Shown one piece after another: positions 19,241 to 28,327 of a DNA stretch of 48,470 bases. Below the pieces are notes generated by a model that saw only the letters and a program-made list of their open reading frames with translations, was not told the origin of the DNA and ran no database searches. A program made the position numbers and the translations under genes. Position 1 is the first letter of the stretch. Each line of letters begins with the position of its first letter. The stretch covers positions 1-48,470 of the forward strand of contig JAYUEZ010000052.1 in the NCBI GenBank assembly GCA_043738965.1, given 5' to 3'. The DNA is from Gammaproteobacteria bacterium. GTDB taxonomy: Bacteria > Pseudomonadota > Gammaproteobacteria > Ga0077536.

Positions 19241-20113
19241 ATGTTCTATGACGAACCACGCTTTCTGCCAGGCGGCGACCGCTTCATGGTCATTGAATTT
19301 GGTGACGAGTTGAATTTGGAACTCAATTTTCGTGGGCAAGGTCTGGCGCAGTTGATCGCGGAAAATAAGCTCAACGGAATCATTGAAACCGCGCCCTTTT
19401 TTGCATCGATTCTCCTTCACTATGATCCCGAGATCATCACGTTCGACGAACTCCAAGTTGAAATGGCGCGCTTGATTGCGTCGGTTACCACGCTCGACGA
19501 CGTCGAACTCAATAGTCGTCTGATCTATTTCCCCGCGGTTTATCTGGATCCGTGGAGTAGTGAGGCGATTGATCAATACATCGAAAAAATTAACCCCAAC
19601 AAAGAGCGTGATCCCGCCTTTATCGCCAAGCTGAATCATCTAACGGACGAAGCGCAGTTCGTTCGCGTGCATTCCGGCACGGAGTATTGGGTTGCCGCGT
19701 TGGGATTTTGGCCTGGCACGCCGTTTATGATGCCGCTCGACCCGCGTTGTCGACTGTTCGCGCCGAAATACAATCCGCCGCGGACTTTCACCTACAAGGG
19801 CACCATTGGCATGGGTGGCGGGGCGACGGCGATTTATCCAGTCGATGGTCCCGGCGGCTATCAAATATTCGCGCGAACGCCGGTTCCGATCTGGGACATG
19901 AAACAGCGCCTGCAACCGTTCAAAGCGGCGCCGTATTTATTGCGGCCTACCGACCGCATGAAATTTATTCACTGCAGCCTGGAAGAATTCGCGGCGATCG
20001 AACGGCAGTGTGAAGAAGGCACCTATGAAATGAACGTGGTCGGTTACCAAAAGATTTCGCTAAAACGCTATCGCGAGTGGGTCGCGACGCTCGATCACAC
20101 GGCGAGATTTTGA
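19241..20113 (+). CDS. Allophanate hydrolase subunit 1-like (KipI/PxpB-family) carboxyltransferase component
   Basis: The 290 aa ORF has the N-terminus FLPGGDRFMVIEFGDE and later GFWPGTPFMMPLDPRCRLFAPKYNPPRT...GMGGGATAIYP, typical of the AHS1 family as I recall it. Confidence 0.85.
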   Translation: MFYDEPRFLPGGDRFMVIEFGDELNLELNFRGQGLAQLIAENKLNGIIETAPFFASILLHYDPEIITFDELQVEMARLIASVTTLDDVELNSRLIYFPAVYLDPWSSEAIDQYIEKINPNKERDPAFIAKLNHLTDEAQFVRVHSGTEYWVAALGFWPGTPFMMPLDPRCRLFAPKYNPPRTFTYKGTIGMGGGATAIYPVDGPGGYQIFARTPVPIWDMKQRLQPFKAAPYLLRPTDRMKFIHCSLEEFAAIERQCEEGTYEMNVVGYQKISLKRYREWVATLDHTARF

Positions 20114-20134
20114 GTCAATTTGCGAGGCGCTGCC

Positions 20135-21103
20135 ATGTTGGAAGTCATCAAACCCGGACTCGAAACCAGTATTCAAGACTGGCCAGGACGTTACGGCTTT
20201 TTAAATGTCGGGTTTCCGTGGTCCGGCCCCATGGACGCGTGGTCGTTTCGACTCGCCAATTGCTTGGTGGGCAATGCGCCAGGCGAGGCCGCGTTGGAAT
20301 GCCAATTCATCGGCCCGACATTGAAGTTTCATCGCGCGACTGTGATAGCGCTCACCGGCGCCGAGATGCAAGGCAAGCTTGATGGCGTCCCGCTCCCGTT
20401 ATGGGAAAGTATCGCGGTAAACGCTGGCGCAACGCTTGAAATGAGGTTTGCCAAAACTGGCGCACGCGGTTACTTAGCGATTGCTGGCGGGATTCAGAAC
20501 GAAGCCTTCTTTGGATCCCGCGCGACGTTTCACAAAGGAGGCCTTGGCGGGATGGAAGGTCATGCGATCAAGGCCGGACAAACCATTCCGATCGGCGTCG
20601 GCGTAAGTACGGCAGGGCGCAAGGTTCGACTGAGTGCACGGCCGCCATTGGTCACCGACAAGTGCTGGCAGGTCGAAGTCGTCGCGGGCCCCAACGATGA
20701 TTGGATTGATGCAGCGGGCCACGCGAGATTTTTAGCCACGGACTGGAAGCTGTCATCGAAAAGCGATCGCGGTGGATTCCGCTTGGAAGGTCCGGAGTGG
20801 ACGTTCACCCACCGTGCCCATCACAAACTGCCCGAACACGGTTCAGATCCGGCCAATATTGTCGATCATGGGTATCCGGTGGGCGCGATTAATCTCGCCG
20901 GGCAAACGCCGATTATTCTCGTCAATGATGGCCCGAGCGGTGGCGGCTTTATTAATCCTTACACAGTCCCGCAGTGCGCGTTCTGGAAACTCGGTCAATC
21001 CAAACCCGGCGAAACCTATCGCTTCAATGTCATCTCGGTCGTGGAGGCGCAGTCGCGCGCCCGTGCGCTGACGGCACTGTGCACTGAATCCAGTATCGAA
21101 TAA
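20135..21103 (+). CDS. Allophanate hydrolase subunit 2-like (KipA/PxpC-family) carboxyltransferase component
   Basis: I prefer the ATG at 20135 (MLEVIKPGLETSIQDWPGRYGFLNVGFPWSGPMD) to the tracked TTG at 20120. The ORF contains VVAGPNDDW...SDRGGFRLEG...GAINLAGQTPIILVNDGPSGGGF. Confidence 0.85.
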   Translation: MLEVIKPGLETSIQDWPGRYGFLNVGFPWSGPMDAWSFRLANCLVGNAPGEAALECQFIGPTLKFHRATVIALTGAEMQGKLDGVPLPLWESIAVNAGATLEMRFAKTGARGYLAIAGGIQNEAFFGSRATFHKGGLGGMEGHAIKAGQTIPIGVGVSTAGRKVRLSARPPLVTDKCWQVEVVAGPNDDWIDAAGHARFLATDWKLSSKSDRGGFRLEGPEWTFTHRAHHKLPEHGSDPANIVDHGYPVGAINLAGQTPIILVNDGPSGGGFINPYTVPQCAFWKLGQSKPGETYRFNVISVVEAQSRARALTALCTESSIE

Positions 21104-21117
21104 GAGGAGAACTCGGT

Positions 21118-21336
21118 ATGGCGCACGAAGTTGAATTGCAGACCGCGGGGAACATGTGGAAGGTGATGGTCAAAGCCGGTGATCGCGTGCAAGCGGGCGA
21201 TACGCTATTCATCATGGAAGTGATGAAGATGGAAGTACCGCATGAAGCACCGGCCGCAGGCACGGTGACCGCCGTCAATATCCATGAAGGAGACGAAGGT
21301 TTGGATGCGGGGATGGTCGCGGTGGTGATTGAATAG
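21118..21336 (+). CDS. Biotin carboxyl carrier protein (small stand-alone biotinyl domain)
   Basis: The 72 aa ORF carries the biotinylation motif EVMKME within GDTLFIMEVMKMEVPHEAPAAGTV. An AGGAG RBS is present. Confidence 0.85.
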   Translation: MAHEVELQTAGNMWKVMVKAGDRVQAGDTLFIMEVMKMEVPHEAPAAGTVTAVNIHEGDEGLDAGMVAVVIE

Positions 21337-21361
21337 CCATGGCTTCTAGCCTCTGGCCGGC

Positions 21362-22843
21362 TTAAGGCGCCGCGGTCAAACCGCGTTCGGCCATGGCCAC
21401 CGCGCGAAACATCGCACGACCCTTGTTGAGCGTTTCTTCCCACTCCAAAGCCGGCACTGAATCAGCGACGACGCCGCCGCCGGCTTGAATGTAAAGTCGG
21501 CCATCCTTAATCACGGCGGTGCGAATCGCGATAGCCATATCCATGTTGCCGTTCCAAGAGAGATAGCCGACAGCGCCGCCGTAAATCCCGCGCTTCACGG
21601 GCTCCAGTTCATCGATGATCTCCATCGCTCGAATTTTCGGTGCCCCCGACAGGGTTCCAACTGGCAGCGTCGCGCGCAGTACATCCAGTGCATCATGACC
21701 TTTGGCCAGCGTGCCTTCGACGTTTGACGAGATGTGCATGACATGTGAATAACGTTCGATCACAAGTTTTTCGGTGACCCTCACCGAACCGGCTTGGGCC
21801 ACGCGTCCAAGGTCATTGCGACCGAGATCGATCAGCATCACGTGTTCGGCGATTTCTTTCGGATCCGCGAGCAGTTCGGCTTCCAAGGCGCGATCTTCTT
21901 CGGGCGTGGCGCCGCGTCGCCGTGTTCCAGCAAGTGGCCGTGATGTCATCGTGTCGCCTTCCAGGCGCACCAGAATTTCCGGCGAGGAGCCGACGATTTG
22001 AAACGCTTCAAGATCAACAAAAAATAAATACGGCGAAGGATTTAAATGACGGAGCGCGCGGTAGACGCTGATCGGCGTGGCCTTGAGCGGGGTCGACATG
22101 CGCTGCGAGGGCACCACCTGAAACACATCGCCCTCGATGATGTACTCTTTAATACGATCCACCGCCTGCATGAATCTCGCTTCGCCAAACTCCGAAACAA
22201 AATCGTGATCGGCAATTGCCGCGGAGTTGATTGCTTCGATGGGTAGTACCAATGGTTTGCGCAACAACGCTTCGAGTGTCTGCAGTCGAATGAGAGCCGT
22301 CTCGACGGCAGTGGTGATCGTCGGGTCGATGTAACAGACCAGTTGCATCTCGCCTTTCAGATTATCGAATATGACGTATTCATCCGCGACCATCAACAAG
22401 ATATCGGGCGTTTGCAGCGAATCAGGTGGCGTTGTCGCGGCTAATTTGGTTTCGACATAGCGGACGGTGTCATAACCGAAATAGCCGACTAAACCACCGG
22501 CAAAGCGGGCCGGTGCGAGAGCTGGAATTCTGGTGCGGTGGAGAAAGTCGCGAACGAATTCGTACGGGTCACTCGCGTGGTGGGTTTCGATCACCTGACC
22601 TGAGGTAGTTACGGTAATTTCGGCGCCGGAGGCACGGATCACGGTGCGTGCCGGTAGCCCAATGATCGAATAGCGACCCCATTTTTCACCGCCCTCGACC
22701 GATTCAAGCAGGTAGCTGAACGGCCCTGCGGCAAGCTTCAGGTACACGCTCAACGGAGTATCCAGATCGGCCAGCACCGTGCGCGTGATCGGTACACGGT
22801 TATAGCCAGCGGCGGCAAGCGCGCTTAGTTCATTCGGAGTCAT
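21362..22843 (-). CDS. trpE: Anthranilate synthase component I
   Basis: The ORF contains [38 protein letters not shown]...[20 protein letters not shown]...[23 protein letters not shown] prefer the ATG at 22843 to the tracked GTG at 22855. Confidence 0.93.
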   Translation of the reverse strand: MTPNELSALAAAGYNRVPITRTVLADLDTPLSVYLKLAAGPFSYLLESVEGGEKWGRYSIIGLPARTVIRASGAEITVTTSGQVIETHHASDPYEFVRDFLHRTRIPALAPARFAGGLVGYFGYDTVRYVETKLAATTPPDSLQTPDILLMVADEYVIFDNLKGEMQLVCYIDPTITTAVETALIRLQTLEALLRKPLVLPIEAINSAAIADHDFVSEFGEARFMQAVDRIKEYIIEGDVFQVVPSQRMSTPLKATPISVYRALRHLNPSPYLFFVDLEAFQIVGSSPEILVRLEGDTMTSRPLAGTRRRGATPEEDRALEAELLADPKEIAEHVMLIDLGRNDLGRVAQAGSVRVTEKLVIERYSHVMHISSNVEGTLAKGHDALDVLRATLPVGTLSGAPKIRAMEIIDELEPVKRGIYGGAVGYLSWNGNMDMAIAIRTAVIKDGRLYIQAGGGVVADSVPALEWEETLNKGRAMFRAVAMAERGLTAAP

Positions 22844-23080
22844 TGATAATCCCACGAGTAATTCGCGACGGCGTCGGCACGAACGGAGCGGCCTAAGCGC
22901 CGGCGCGGAGCCCGGCAGCGTAATCCACGCGGATCACGGTAGCAACTCGCGCATACCCGATAACCGTCTCATCAGCCCGCGGTCGATGAATTTTTTTAGC
23001 GGGCGGTTACTGCGTGGGGACTAACGCGAAGTTCGCGCTAGTAAAGTGACCCGATCAACGAAGCGTGGCGGACGCTCGAA

Positions 23081-23290
23081 TTACGCCGACAAGCTGCGGT
23101 CGTTGGTGTAGAACAAGCCTTGGAGTTCCTGATTGTCGCCAAGCTCCAAACGCAGCAGCACCCTTGCGCCAAGCTTGCGCGCGCGGCGGAATACTTCATC
23201 CGACATCGCGAATGGCACAAACTCACCGTTCATATCTTGGTAGCCGTTAAAGCGCGCAATACGCCGATCAATCGACGGGATGGCTTTCAT
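23081..23290 (-). CDS. Small hypothetical protein (69 aa)
   Basis: The ATG at 23290 is preceded by GGAG-N7, whereas the tracked start is a TTG 12 nt upstream. I recognise no domain. Confidence 0.45.
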   Translation of the reverse strand: MKAIPSIDRRIARFNGYQDMNGEFVPFAMSDEVFRRARKLGARVLLRLELGDNQELQGLFYTNDRSLSA

Positions 23291-23596
23291 TCCTAACTCC
23301 AATGGTCCAGCGTTCGAAATCTTCTTAAATCTACTAGAGGCAAGAGCCGTTCCAGGCGCTCGACGCTAGCTTAGTTGTATGACCGAGATGCGACGAAGTT
23401 CAGCATTCGACTGACACAGCGAGAACCACGTCACGGTTCTATAGCGGCGTTGCCGGTGGTTCCTGAATTCCACGGCGCCACGCGCCACGCCGCGTGCTTG
23501 AGGGTGACGTTAATTGACGACAACAGTAGACGATTTGCGCGGGGCTAGAGGCTCATTGTCGCGGGAAGGAGCGGCTTGCGGTCAGTCCAACATGTC

Positions 23597-24631
23597 CTAG
23601 TGGGTTGGTGTTGATGAGTTCGTGCGCGCGCGAAACGGCGCTGCCAACGGTTCGCCTATGAACACGCCTTGGCCCGGCCAAACGACGCTTTTCCAATACG
23701 CTTCGATGAGGGACTCGCCGGCCAGGTAGTACTTCAATACCAGACCGGGATTCGGAAACTTCTGTGGAAAATTGCAAGGTTCGACGACGCTGCCGTAACT
23801 GCCGGTGGCGCCCGCTTCGAGCCAGCGTAGGGCGCTCATCTGTCCGTGACCGTCGAGTTGACCGCCAGCCGAGGTCAGGTGATCAGCCACCGCGCCCGGC
23901 AAGAAGCCCAAGGTTTCGAGTCCCGGTACCGCGGTCGTGCCTGTGAAATAAAACATCACGTCAAACCGATTGCGGATCCCATCGGCTTCGATGACGTCGA
24001 CAGGGATCGCCGGACTATACATAGCGCGAATAGCGGGAAATAGGGGGCTACGCGAATTCCGCGCGGTGTCGTGTGTGATGACAAGGTAGGCGCGCCCCCT
24101 CGGCAGCGACGCATCGCTATGTGCGCCGCGCTCGATGAGTTGGTGAACGTTATCCGGCGTCGTGCCCGCGAGGAGCATCGTCGGACGCATGCGGAAGTCT
24201 TGATACGGCGTGCGTGACGCGCTGTCGAAAAAAGGGTTCGGCGCGGTGGGTTTGCATCCCGTCGCACAAAATCGCGTGCCATAGCCAAAGGCGAATGCCG
24301 AACTGATCGACATGCAGCCCACGCGATACGGCAGCGTCCACGCTAACGCATAGGCCTGTACGGCGGGACTGGTCGCCGCCTTGACCTGGCGCTGGGCGTC
24401 CTCGAAATCGGCTGGCGCCAGGTTTTGCTGGGGTGGGCCGAGATGAATGCGAATGACATTGGCGGCGGGGACTTGGCGCCGGGCGCGATAGTACTCACCA
24501 GTGTCGACGCTTGCCGGATCATCGACGTTGATGATGATGGCGAGTTCAGCGGGCGAAAGCGCGCGCGCGCGCGGCGCGAGGGTTACGGCGAGGAGTAGCG
24601 CGAGCACACCTAACGAGTGACGATGCCTCAC
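23597..24631 (-). CDS. Secreted TIGR03790-like family protein (function unknown)
   Basis: The ORF has a signal peptide (GVLALLLAVTLAPRARA), the N-terminal LAIIINVDDPASVDTGEYYRARRQVP and the C-terminal LRWLEAGATGSYGSVVEP...YYLAGESLIEAYW...VFIGEPLAAPF. This matches my recollection of the TIGR03790 pattern. Confidence 0.6.
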   Translation of the reverse strand: MRHRHSLGVLALLLAVTLAPRARALSPAELAIIINVDDPASVDTGEYYRARRQVPAANVIRIHLGPPQQNLAPADFEDAQRQVKAATSPAVQAYALAWTLPYRVGCMSISSAFAFGYGTRFCATGCKPTAPNPFFDSASRTPYQDFRMRPTMLLAGTTPDNVHQLIERGAHSDASLPRGRAYLVITHDTARNSRSPLFPAIRAMYSPAIPVDVIEADGIRNRFDVMFYFTGTTAVPGLETLGFLPGAVADHLTSAGGQLDGHGQMSALRWLEAGATGSYGSVVEPCNFPQKFPNPGLVLKYYLAGESLIEAYWKSVVWPGQGVFIGEPLAAPFRARTNSSTPTH

Positions 24632-24647
24632 GGGTTGGAACGCAGGG

Positions 24648-25832
24648 CTAATGCGCTTTTTTCAGCGCCTTCATCGCCCGATCGAGACCATCAATGGTGA
24701 GTGGAAACATCCGATCCGAAAACAGTTGTTTTACTATGCCGATCGACGGGATATAGCTCCAATAGTCCTCAGGTTGCGGGTTCAGCCACACGGCGTGGGA
24801 GTAAACCGCCAACAGGCGTGCGATCCATGTCGCGCCCGCGTCTTCATTCCAATGCTCGATGCTGCCACCGACCGCCATGATTTCGTAGGGGCTCATGGTC
24901 GCGTCGCCGACGATGACGACTTTGTGATCGGCGCTAAAGGTGTTCATCAACTGGGCAGTGGGTAAGCGCACGTTGTTGCGCATTTGATTGTCGCGCCACA
25001 CGGTTTCATACACAAAGTTATGAAAGTAAAAATGCTCGAGATGTTTAAACTCGGTGCGTGTCGCTGAAAATAGTTCTTCGCACACTTTAACGTGCGGATC
25101 CATTGACCCGCCAACATCCAAAAACAGCAGCACCTTGGTGGTATTGCGGCGTTCCGGCACCAGTTTAATATCGAGCAAGCCCGCCCGCCGCGCGGTCGAG
25201 CGGATGGTATCGTCCAGATCCAATTCTTCCTCGGCGCCCTCGCGCGCAAAGCGCCTAAGCTTGCGCAGCGCAATCTTTATATTGCGCGTGCCAAGCTCGA
25301 CCTGGTCATCGAGATTTTGGTATTCGCGCTTATCCCACACTTTGACCGCCCGCCCCTGGCGTCCGCTCGCTTGGCCGATGCGGATCCCTTCCGGATTGTA
25401 ACCGTTGGCGCCGAACGGCGACGTGCCACCGGTGCCAATCCATTTATTACCGCCGTGATGGGCTTTTTTCTGTTCTTCCAAACGCTGCTTTAGCGTCTCC
25501 ATCAACTTGTCCCAACCGCCGAGACTCTCGATCAGCTTTTTCTCTTCATCGGTGAGATTTAGCTCTTTTTGTTTGCGCAACCATTCCAACGGGATCTCGC
25601 CCAGGATCTCGTCAAAGGCGGTTTGCTGACCGCGAATATAATCCCCGAACACCTGATCGAAACGATCGAAGAAGCGCTCGTCCTTGACCAAGGTGGCGCG
25701 TGCTAAATAATAGAAATCGTCGACACACGAGGTTGCCACCCCTGCTTCCAACGCCCCGAGCAGGGTCAGATACTCGGTGAGCGAGACCGGGATCTGGACT
25801 TTTCTCAGGCGATAAAAAAACTCAGTTAGCAC
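24648..25832 (-). CDS. VWA domain-containing protein (CoxE-like partner of a MoxR ATPase)
   Basis: The 394 aa ORF has the N-terminus MLTEFFYRLRKVQIPVSLTEYLTLLGALEAG and a MIDAS-like LLFLDVGGSM. It overlaps the upstream ATPase gene by 11 nt. Confidence 0.8.
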   Translation of the reverse strand: MLTEFFYRLRKVQIPVSLTEYLTLLGALEAGVATSCVDDFYYLARATLVKDERFFDRFDQVFGDYIRGQQTAFDEILGEIPLEWLRKQKELNLTDEEKKLIESLGGWDKLMETLKQRLEEQKKAHHGGNKWIGTGGTSPFGANGYNPEGIRIGQASGRQGRAVKVWDKREYQNLDDQVELGTRNIKIALRKLRRFAREGAEEELDLDDTIRSTARRAGLLDIKLVPERRNTTKVLLFLDVGGSMDPHVKVCEELFSATRTEFKHLEHFYFHNFVYETVWRDNQMRNNVRLPTAQLMNTFSADHKVVIVGDATMSPYEIMAVGGSIEHWNEDAGATWIARLLAVYSHAVWLNPQPEDYWSYIPSIGIVKQLFSDRMFPLTIDGLDRAMKALKKAH

Positions 25833-26679
25833 TGCGTCCTCGCGACATGAATACCAGGCGTTCGAACAGATGCATGTCTTGCTCGTTCTTCAACAAGGCG
25901 CCGTAGAGCTTCGGGATAGCTTTGCGCGAGTCTTTCTCGCGTAGCGCCTCGGGTGGAATATCTTCGGCGACCAGCAGCTTTATCCAATCAAGCAACTCCG
26001 AGGTCGATGGCTTTTTCTTCAAGCCGGGCAATTCCCGCAGTTCAAAAAAACATTGCATGGCTTCGGCGAGCAGACGTTTTTTAATGTCCGGATAATGCAC
26101 GTGAACAATATGATCCATGGTTTCCTGGTCCGGAAACCGGATGTAATGAAAGAAGCAACGGCGCAGGAAGGCGTCCGGGAGTTCTTTTTCGTTGTTGCTG
26201 GTAATGATGATGATGGGCCGTTGCACGGCTTTGATGGTTTCCTTGGTTTCATAGACAAAGAATTCCATGCGATCGAGTTCTTGTAATAAATCATTCGGGA
26301 ATTCAATGTCCGCTTTATCGACCTCATCGATCAGCAATACCGGCTGGACCGATGACTCGAACGCCTCCCACAATTTTCCTTTAAGAATATAGTTACGAAT
26401 ATCGTGGACTCGATTGTCGCCCAGCTGCGAATCACGCAAGCGCGCGACGGCGTCATATTCGTAAAGGCCACGGGCCGCTTTGGTGGTCGATTTGATATGC
26501 CATTGGATTAATGGGCGGTCGAGCGAGCGGGCGATCTCTTCCGCCAACATGGTCTTGCCGGTGCCTGGTTCGCCCTTGACTAAGAGTGGTCTTTCGAGCG
26601 TGATTGCAGCGTTAACCGCCATCATGAGATCGTCGGTCGCGACGTAGGTATCAGTTCCGGTAAAGCGCTCGGTGGCCAT
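25822..26679 (-). CDS. MoxR-like AAA+ ATPase
   Basis: Walker A is present in LLVKGEPGTGKTMLAEE and Walker B in VLLIDEVDKA, and the ORF also contains ITSNNEKELPDAFLRRC. I prefer the ATG at 26679 (MATERFTG...) to the tracked 26760. Confidence 0.88.
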   Translation of the reverse strand: MATERFTGTDTYVATDDLMMAVNAAITLERPLLVKGEPGTGKTMLAEEIARSLDRPLIQWHIKSTTKAARGLYEYDAVARLRDSQLGDNRVHDIRNYILKGKLWEAFESSVQPVLLIDEVDKADIEFPNDLLQELDRMEFFVYETKETIKAVQRPIIIITSNNEKELPDAFLRRCFFHYIRFPDQETMDHIVHVHYPDIKKRLLAEAMQCFFELRELPGLKKKPSTSELLDWIKLLVAEDIPPEALREKDSRKAIPKLYGALLKNEQDMHLFERLVFMSRGRSAN

Positions 26680-26840
26680 GATGGATTCCAATCGATGAAT
26701 TGTCGGGGCATTGTAATGCAAGGCGCGCCATGCGCGACCGGGCAACTTAGGGCTATGCAATCCTTAACTCGAAACGCATGTCGGCGGAATTAGCTGACCC
26801 AAGCAGGGTCCTATTCTCAAATATCGCGCGAAGGATTGGT

Positions 26841-27665
26841 ATGGATAGCGTGCATTTATCCGGCGTGAAAAGGTTCGTACTGGCCGCCTGCGCCGCGTTG
26901 GCCTTGCTCGTGATGAGTGGCGCCAGGGCGGATTTGGCGGCTGGTGTCGCCGCCTTTCGCGCCAGTGACTACGGCCGGGCCATCACCGAATTGACGCCGC
27001 CGGCCGCCGCCGGTGAAGCCGAAGCGCAGTTTTATTTGGGCGTTATGTACGCCGCAGGCTGGGGCACAGTGGCGGATGCCGCGGTCGCGCACTCCTGGTA
27101 TGAGCGCGCGGCAGACCAGGGCTTCGTTAAAGCCGAACATAATCTGGGTGCGATCTATCGCGATGGCCTTGGCGTGGCGCGCGACCCCGCGCAAGCTCGG
27201 CTCTGGTTTGAACGGGCCGCCAAGCATTCGAGCGCGCGAGCCGCCGCAGCCCTCGGCACAATGTATTACCGAGGAGACGGCGGCGCCCGTGATTTTGCCG
27301 CGGCAGTCGACTGGTGGCGGCGCGCGTTTGACGGGGGTGAGGCGGATGCGGGCTATAACCTTGGGATCGCCTACCGCCGAGGAGTGGGTGTTAGCCGCGA
27401 TTTCGCAATGGCCACTAAGTGCTGGGAGCGTGCTGCGCGCGCCGGCTCGATGCTGGCGCAAAATGCCTTGGGCTCAGCCTACTTAAGCGGCGAAGGGGTG
27501 GTTGCGGATCCCGTCAAAGCCTATGGCTGGTTTCGTCATGCCGCGGTCGGCGGCTTGCCCGTCGCGGCCCAAAATGCCGAGCTGCTATTCAATCAATTAT
27601 CAGAAACGGAGCGGGAGTCGGCGCGCGCGTTCGCGGCTGAATTGAACCTGCCGCATCAACCCTAG
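26841..27665 (+). CDS. Sel1-repeat exported protein
   Basis: The ATG at 26841 has an AGGA RBS, and the signal peptide reads FVLAACAALALLVMSGARA. Sel1 repeats occur in tandem (AEAQFYLGVMYAAGWGTVADAAVAHSWYERAADQGFVKAEHNLGAIY...). Confidence 0.8.
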   Translation: MDSVHLSGVKRFVLAACAALALLVMSGARADLAAGVAAFRASDYGRAITELTPPAAAGEAEAQFYLGVMYAAGWGTVADAAVAHSWYERAADQGFVKAEHNLGAIYRDGLGVARDPAQARLWFERAAKHSSARAAAALGTMYYRGDGGARDFAAAVDWWRRAFDGGEADAGYNLGIAYRRGVGVSRDFAMATKCWERAARAGSMLAQNALGSAYLSGEGVVADPVKAYGWFRHAAVGGLPVAAQNAELLFNQLSETERESARAFAAELNLPHQP

Positions 27666-27736
27666 ACCAAGCAAATTATCCGACCTGTTCAAGGAAAGCA
27701 CCACGTCGCCCGGATGTAAAAGACTGTGGCAGGTCT

Positions 27737-27751
27737 AATTGACCGTCAATT
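27737..27751. promoter_or_regulatory. Perfect 7-1-7 palindrome, a candidate operator upstream of the PilZ gene
   Basis: The sequence AATTGAC-c-GTCAATT lies about 88 nt upstream of the ATG at 27839. Confidence 0.3.
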
Positions 27752-27838
27752 TCCGTGATCTACGTCGCGAGTATGCGTTCGCGCGGCCGCTAAGCTTCTC
27801 CGCCAACGGAATAAAAAAACGGCTGAGGTAGTACTTCC

Positions 27839-28327
27839 ATGCCACATCTAAATCGCCCACTGATGGGCACCGCTCACCGCCCATCCACTTGGCAACCGAT
27901 GCCCGTCATGGACGGCGATCAACGCGTTTATCCCCGAATCGCGCTGGAAATTCCCGTCGCGTTCCGCAATGGGCTCGGCCAACACTGTGCGGCGCGGCTG
28001 CGTAACCTCGCACCGGACGGTTTGCAGGTTCAATGTAACGTCGTCACCGCGCAAATTATCCACCCGCTGGGGGGAAAGATTCAGGCCATGAACCAATCCA
28101 TTCTGCACGCGACCGCGGTGTTGCCATTGATGAGTGGGCCAGAGACTTTATCGGTGGGAGTACGGCTGGTCTATTCGGCGACCGTAAACGAGGAGTCCCG
28201 TTGTGTGTTGGGCTTCCAGTTCCTCGAACTGCGCCCGATCCCACGACGCTTGATCGACGCGTATTTTGCCGAGCAAATTAAACATCTCTACCCCGACGCC
28301 GACTGCGATGTGGGGCACGCCGCCTAG
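27839..28327 (+). CDS. PilZ domain-containing protein
   Basis: An RxxxR motif (RVYPR) is followed about 25 aa later by the (D/N)x(S/A)xxG motif (NLAPDG). The start could be a downstream Met. Confidence 0.7.
   Translation: MPHLNRPLMGTAHRPSTWQPMPVMDGDQRVYPRIALEIPVAFRNGLGQHCAARLRNLAPDGLQVQCNVVTAQIIHPLGGKIQAMNQSILHATAVLPLMSGPETLSVGVRLVYSATVNEESRCVLGFQFLELRPIPRRLIDAYFAEQIKHLYPDADCDVGHAA

Noticed and set aside
22844-23080. A possible trp attenuator or leader peptide upstream of trpE
   Set aside because: The minus strand has no tandem Trp codons (no CCACCA on the plus strand). The GCCCGC...GCGGGC inverted repeat carries its T-run inside the loop, so it is not a terminator/antiterminator arrangement.
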